The position numbers were made by a program, and so were the translations under genes. Below are positions 60,717-64,000 of a stretch of DNA of 64,000 nucleotides, in pieces. A model generated the notes under the pieces. The model was given only the letters and a program-made list of their open reading frames with translations, had not been told where the DNA came from and did not search any database. The stretch is from NCBI GenBank assembly GCA_016296065.1, contig JAEDKA010000001.1, positions 68,591 through 132,590 of the forward strand. Reading direction: 5' to 3'. Origin of the DNA: Kiritimatiellia bacterium (GTDB lineage Bacteria > Verrucomicrobiota > Kiritimatiellia > RFP12 > UBA1067). The first letter of the stretch is position 1, and the number at the start of each line of letters is the position of its first letter.

Positions 60717-62030
60717 ATGACAAACACGACAAGAAGGCAGTTCATCGCCTCCGCCGCGGCGGCGGGAGTGATGGCGAAGCTCGGCGTCGCCGCGCCGTCG
60801 GCTAGGCAGGGCAGGCTCGTCAAGGGCCGCAAGATCAACATCGCGTGCGTGGGATGCGGCGGGAAGGGCGCGGACGACGTGCGCCAGTTCTCCGGCGAGA
60901 ACATCGTTGCGCTATGCGACGTGGACCTCGCGCGCGCCTCGCAGGCGGTGCTTTCGCACCCCAAGGCGAAGCTCTTCCGCGACTGGCGCGAGATGCTCGC
61001 GGTGATGGACGGCGAGATCGACGCCGTCGTTGTGTCTACTCCGGACCACATGCACTTTCCGATAGCGCTGCGCGCGATTGAGATGGGCAAGCACGTGTAC
61101 GTCCAGAAGCCGCTCACCCACACCGTCAAGGAGGCGCGCCTGCTGCTAGAGGCGGCGCGCCGCCACAACGTCGTCACGCAGATGGGCAACCAGGGGCACT
61201 CGAACGAGAGCACGCGCCTGTTCAAGGAAATGCTCGATGCGGACGCGATAGGCGACGTTACGGAGGTCAAGATATGGACGAACCGTCCGGTCTGGCCGCA
61301 GGACAAGGAGTTGCCGAAGGGCGAGATGGCAGTTCCGGCGACGCTCGACTGGAACCTCTGGCTCGGCGTCGCGCCGTGGCGTCCGTACAACCGCGCGTAC
61401 ATGCCGTTCGACTGGCGCGGATGGTGGGACTACGGCTCGGGCGCGATCGGCGACATGGGCTGCCACACGATGGATGCGGCTTTCTGGGGACTCCAGCTCG
61501 GCGCGCCCGATAGCGTCTCCGCCGAGGTCGTCGGAGGAAGCGAGTTCTCGTGTCCGAAGGGCTCTGTAGTCACCTACAAGTTCCCGGCGCGCGGAAAGCG
61601 TCCGCCGGTGACGCTGAAGTGGTATGACGGATGCTGCAAGCCCGAACGCCCCGCAGTCCTGCCAGAAGGCGAGGCGATGCCGGGCTCGGGCCAGCTGTTC
61701 ACAGGGACGAAGGGCTTCATATTCTGCCCCGGCGACTACTGCGACTCGGCGAGGCTTCTCCCGAAGAGCCTTGCGGACTCGTTCAAGCGTCCGCCGAAGA
61801 CGCTCCCGCGCATTGCGAACGGACACTACCAGAACTGGCTGGACGGAATACGCGGCGTCGTGGACGCGCCGTGCTCTAATTTCGAGCATGCTGTCCCGCT
61901 CACTGAAATCGCGCTCCTCGGCGCGGTCGCAGTGCGCGCCCGAGGTTCCTTCAAATGGGATGCGGCGGCGCTCAAGTGCGACAATCCCGACGCGCAGCGC
62001 TACATCTCGAAGGTGTACCGCATGTTCTGA
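60717..62030 (+). CDS. TAT-exported Gfo/Idh/MocA-family NAD(P)-dependent oxidoreductase
   Basis: 437-aa ORF. The twin-arginine signal is MTNTTRRQFIASAAAAGVMAKLGVAAPSA. The Rossmann start is KINIACVGCGGKGADD. The stretch VVVSTPDHMHFPIALRAIEMGKHVYVQKPL is typical of the family. Confidence 0.9.
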   Translation: MTNTTRRQFIASAAAAGVMAKLGVAAPSARQGRLVKGRKINIACVGCGGKGADDVRQFSGENIVALCDVDLARASQAVLSHPKAKLFRDWREMLAVMDGEIDAVVVSTPDHMHFPIALRAIEMGKHVYVQKPLTHTVKEARLLLEAARRHNVVTQMGNQGHSNESTRLFKEMLDADAIGDVTEVKIWTNRPVWPQDKELPKGEMAVPATLDWNLWLGVAPWRPYNRAYMPFDWRGWWDYGSGAIGDMGCHTMDAAFWGLQLGAPDSVSAEVVGGSEFSCPKGSVVTYKFPARGKRPPVTLKWYDGCCKPERPAVLPEGEAMPGSGQLFTGTKGFIFCPGDYCDSARLLPKSLADSFKRPPKTLPRIANGHYQNWLDGIRGVVDAPCSNFEHAVPLTEIALLGAVAVRARGSFKWDAAALKCDNPDAQRYISKVYRMF

Positions 62031-62056
62031 GGAACGGACACGAAAGGACAGATGAA

Positions 62057-63406
62057 ATGAAAAGGCTTGTTTTCTGTTTTGCGCTCGCGGGATCGCTTTC
62101 CGCGCTTGCCGCCGACCTGAGGCTCTCGCTCCAGGCGTACACGTTCCGCGACCGTTCGTTCGTCGAGACGGTCGAGACGGCCGCTCGCCTCGGCTACACG
62201 AACATCGAGGCGTATCCCGGCCAGCGCCTCGGCGGCGGCATGGAGGGGTCGACAGACTACCACATGAAGCCCGAGACCTTCGCTCAGCTTAAGGAGTATC
62301 TCGCCAAGGCTCCGGTGAAGGTCGTCTCGTACGGCGTCACCGGTGCGGGCGGGGACGACGAATGGCGCAAGCTGCTGACGTTCTGCCGCGACCTTGGCAT
62401 CGAGATCGTGCAGATAGAGGTCGGGCCGGACCACAACCGCCTCGTGCACATCGCGTCGCTCGCGAAGGAGTACGGCGTGCGCGTCGGACTCCACAACCAC
62501 CGGCAGGAGTCCGGACGCCCCGAGAAGGTCCTTGAGGCGCTTGGCGACTGCGATCCGATCGTTGGCTCGAGCGCGGACATCGGTCACTGGCACAACTCAG
62601 GCGTCGATCCGGTCGAAGGCGTCAAGGCGCTCAAGGGGCGCTTCCACTGCATCCACGCGATCGACTCGTCCGCGAAGCAGGGCGGAAAGGACGTCGCGCT
62701 CGGGTCAGGCGTCATGGACGTCAAGGGTGTGCTCGATCTCCTCAAGGAGAACGAGAAGGGCGTCGTGTATGTCACCGTCGAGGACGAGTGGCAGCATGCG
62801 GACCTTGAGGAGGCCGTCGCCGCGAGCGCGCGCTGGTTCAAGGCGTGGGAGCGTGGCGAGCTGACGCCGTGCGGACGCATCGGGGTGTCGTCGATCGATT
62901 CCCTGTGGAAAGACGTCGACGGGAAGAATCCGCTTTTGTGGGACGTGTCCATCGTCGGAGGCGAGAACATCGAGGAGAAGGTCTCGCAGATGCGCAAAAT
63001 CGGCCTTGAGGAAGGCTCGCTCAAGTCCGACGAGAAGGGCATGAACGACCGTGAGGACGTCGCGAGCGCGTTCGCGGGCGAAGACGCGAAGTTCTGCCGT
63101 CCGTGGAAGGAGAAGGCGTACGTCTCGTGCCGTACGACGTTCCTCGTTGCGGCGAACTACTACACCGTCGCGTCGGCGAACGATGATCCGGGGCGCGATC
63201 CAGTGTCGTGGGTGCTCTACGGTTCTAAGGACGGCGGACCGTGGGTCGAGCTCGACAGGCGCGAGAACCAGAAGTTCCCGCTCAGGAAGCAGCTGCGCGG
63301 ATACGAGATCAAGAATCCGCAAATGTCCCGCGACTACAAGATCGAGTTCCTGAAGAACAACGGAGGGAAACTCATCCAGTTCAGCCGCATCGCTTTCTAC
63401 GAATAG
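62057..63406 (+). CDS. Secreted xylose-isomerase-like TIM-barrel (sugar phosphate isomerase/epimerase family) protein with a C-terminal discoidin (F5/8 type C)-like domain
   Basis: The ORF-track start at 61955 overlaps the previous CDS. ATG 62057 gives the signal MKRLVFCFALAGSLSALAA. The TIM-barrel start is LRLSLQAYTFRDRSFVETVETAARLGYTNIEAY. The C-terminus YYTVASANDDPGRDPVSWVLYGSKDGGPWVELD is discoidin-like. Confidence 0.85.
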   Translation: MKRLVFCFALAGSLSALAADLRLSLQAYTFRDRSFVETVETAARLGYTNIEAYPGQRLGGGMEGSTDYHMKPETFAQLKEYLAKAPVKVVSYGVTGAGGDDEWRKLLTFCRDLGIEIVQIEVGPDHNRLVHIASLAKEYGVRVGLHNHRQESGRPEKVLEALGDCDPIVGSSADIGHWHNSGVDPVEGVKALKGRFHCIHAIDSSAKQGGKDVALGSGVMDVKGVLDLLKENEKGVVYVTVEDEWQHADLEEAVAASARWFKAWERGELTPCGRIGVSSIDSLWKDVDGKNPLLWDVSIVGGENIEEKVSQMRKIGLEEGSLKSDEKGMNDREDVASAFAGEDAKFCRPWKEKAYVSCRTTFLVAANYYTVASANDDPGRDPVSWVLYGSKDGGPWVELDRRENQKFPLRKQLRGYEIKNPQMSRDYKIEFLKNNGGKLIQFSRIAFYE

Positions 63407-63442
63407 ATTCAATCAACCGGTAAAGCACAAGGAAACAAGCTC

Positions 63443-64000
63443 ATGAAGAAACTCGCAGTGATGGCCTGCCTCGCGGCGGCCCTGTCCGCGTCGGCGGAAG
63501 TGATAATCGGCAACGGGGACAGGATCGCCTTCCTCGGCGACTCGATCACCGCCAACGGAAACCGCCCGGCGGGCTATGTCAACATGGTGATGAAGGGGCT
63601 CGAGGTCGCCGGCGTGAAGGCCGAGAAGGTCCCTGCGGGCGTCTCCGGACACAAGTCGAACGAGATGCTCGCGCGTCTCGAAAAGGACGTCCTCTCGAAG
63701 AACGTGAAGTGGATGACGTTCTCGTGCGGCGTGAACGACGTGTGGCACTTCGACTGGAACAAGGGCATTCCGCTCGACGACTACAAGCGCAACTGCTCCG
63801 AGATCTTCGACAAGTGCGCTGCGGCCGGCATAAAGGTGATCGTCCTCACCGCGACGATGATACGCGAGGACGCGTCCAACAAGCAGAACACGATGCTCGT
63901 CCAGTACAACGACTGGCTTAGGGCCGAGGCGAAGCGCCGCTCCCTGCCGCTCGCAGACCTCAACGCCGACATGCAGGCGGAGCTTGCGCGCATACGAGCG
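63443..64000 (+). CDS. SGNH/GDSL-family hydrolase (esterase), 3'-truncated by the window end
   Basis: This gene is not in the ORF track because no stop is reached. My translation from ATG 63443 is MKKLAVMACLAAALSASAEVIIGNGDRIAFLGDSITANG...VSGHKSNEM...FSCGVNDVWH...VIVLTATMIRED..., which contains SGNH blocks I to III. The frame stays open to nt 64000. Confidence 0.8.
   Translation, partial: MKKLAVMACLAAALSASAEVIIGNGDRIAFLGDSITANGNRPAGYVNMVMKGLEVAGVKAEKVPAGVSGHKSNEMLARLEKDVLSKNVKWMTFSCGVNDVWHFDWNKGIPLDDYKRNCSEIFDKCAAAGIKVIVLTATMIREDASNKQNTMLVQYNDWLRAEAKRRSLPLADLNADMQAELARIRA

Noticed and set aside
1-64000. CRISPR arrays, transposases or IS elements, integrases, prophage genes, defence systems, and tRNA or rRNA genes.
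   Set aside because: I found no regularly spaced direct repeats, no DDE/serine/tyrosine recombinase-like ORFs and no cloverleaf-type or rRNA-like sequences. The only repeats are the promoter modules, twin terminators, palindromes and paralogous gene segments described above.

Overview
High-GC bacterial chromosomal segment. Hand-counted 60-nt lines of typical coding DNA give 40/60 to 43/60 G+C. All 25 supportable genes lie on the + strand. The window is one large island for degrading secreted or periplasmic glycans. It holds five GH3 enzymes, five GH2-type enzymes, two tandem beta-helix GH55-like proteins and one each of GH92-like, GH31 and GH63/trehalase-like enzymes. It also holds SASA/SGNH esterases, a TAT-exported Gfo/Idh/MocA oxidoreductase next to a xylose-isomerase-like TIM protein, and a right-handed beta-helix protein. 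Four giant surface proteins with signal peptides are interleaved among these: two PATR-repeat beta-helix proteins and two LamG/jelly-roll proteins. I see no transporter, regulator, transposase, integrase, tRNA, rRNA or CRISPR array. The protein families suggest the PVC superphylum (Lentisphaerota, Kiritimatiellota or Verrucomicrobiota); this is inference only. The strongest signal not explained by genes is a 66-nt promoter module present ten times, at 10 of 11 inferred operon starts. It consists of two tandem TTGCGY-N4-TTCACG units ending exactly 32 nt (31 nt at one site) upstream of an extended -10 (TGnTAnAAT). At three of these sites the ATG starts exactly 7 nt after the -10 hexamer with no Shine-Dalgarno sequence, which predicts leaderless mRNAs. 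Other notable signals are: (1) a shared extreme C-terminal tail (G-hydrophobic-x-hydrophobic-x-hydrophobic-R-stop) on all four giant proteins, plus two orphan relics of that tail; (2) a 23-codon minigene that looks like a collapsed giant gene; (3) twin near-identical terminators; (4) a roughly 165-nt structured, low-GC intergenic element; (5) a duplicated promoter/5'UTR/signal-peptide cassette on tandem paralogs, one of which has a markedly low-GC core; (6) an uncharacterised beta-sandwich-like domain found both fused to a GH3 and as a stand-alone secreted protein.
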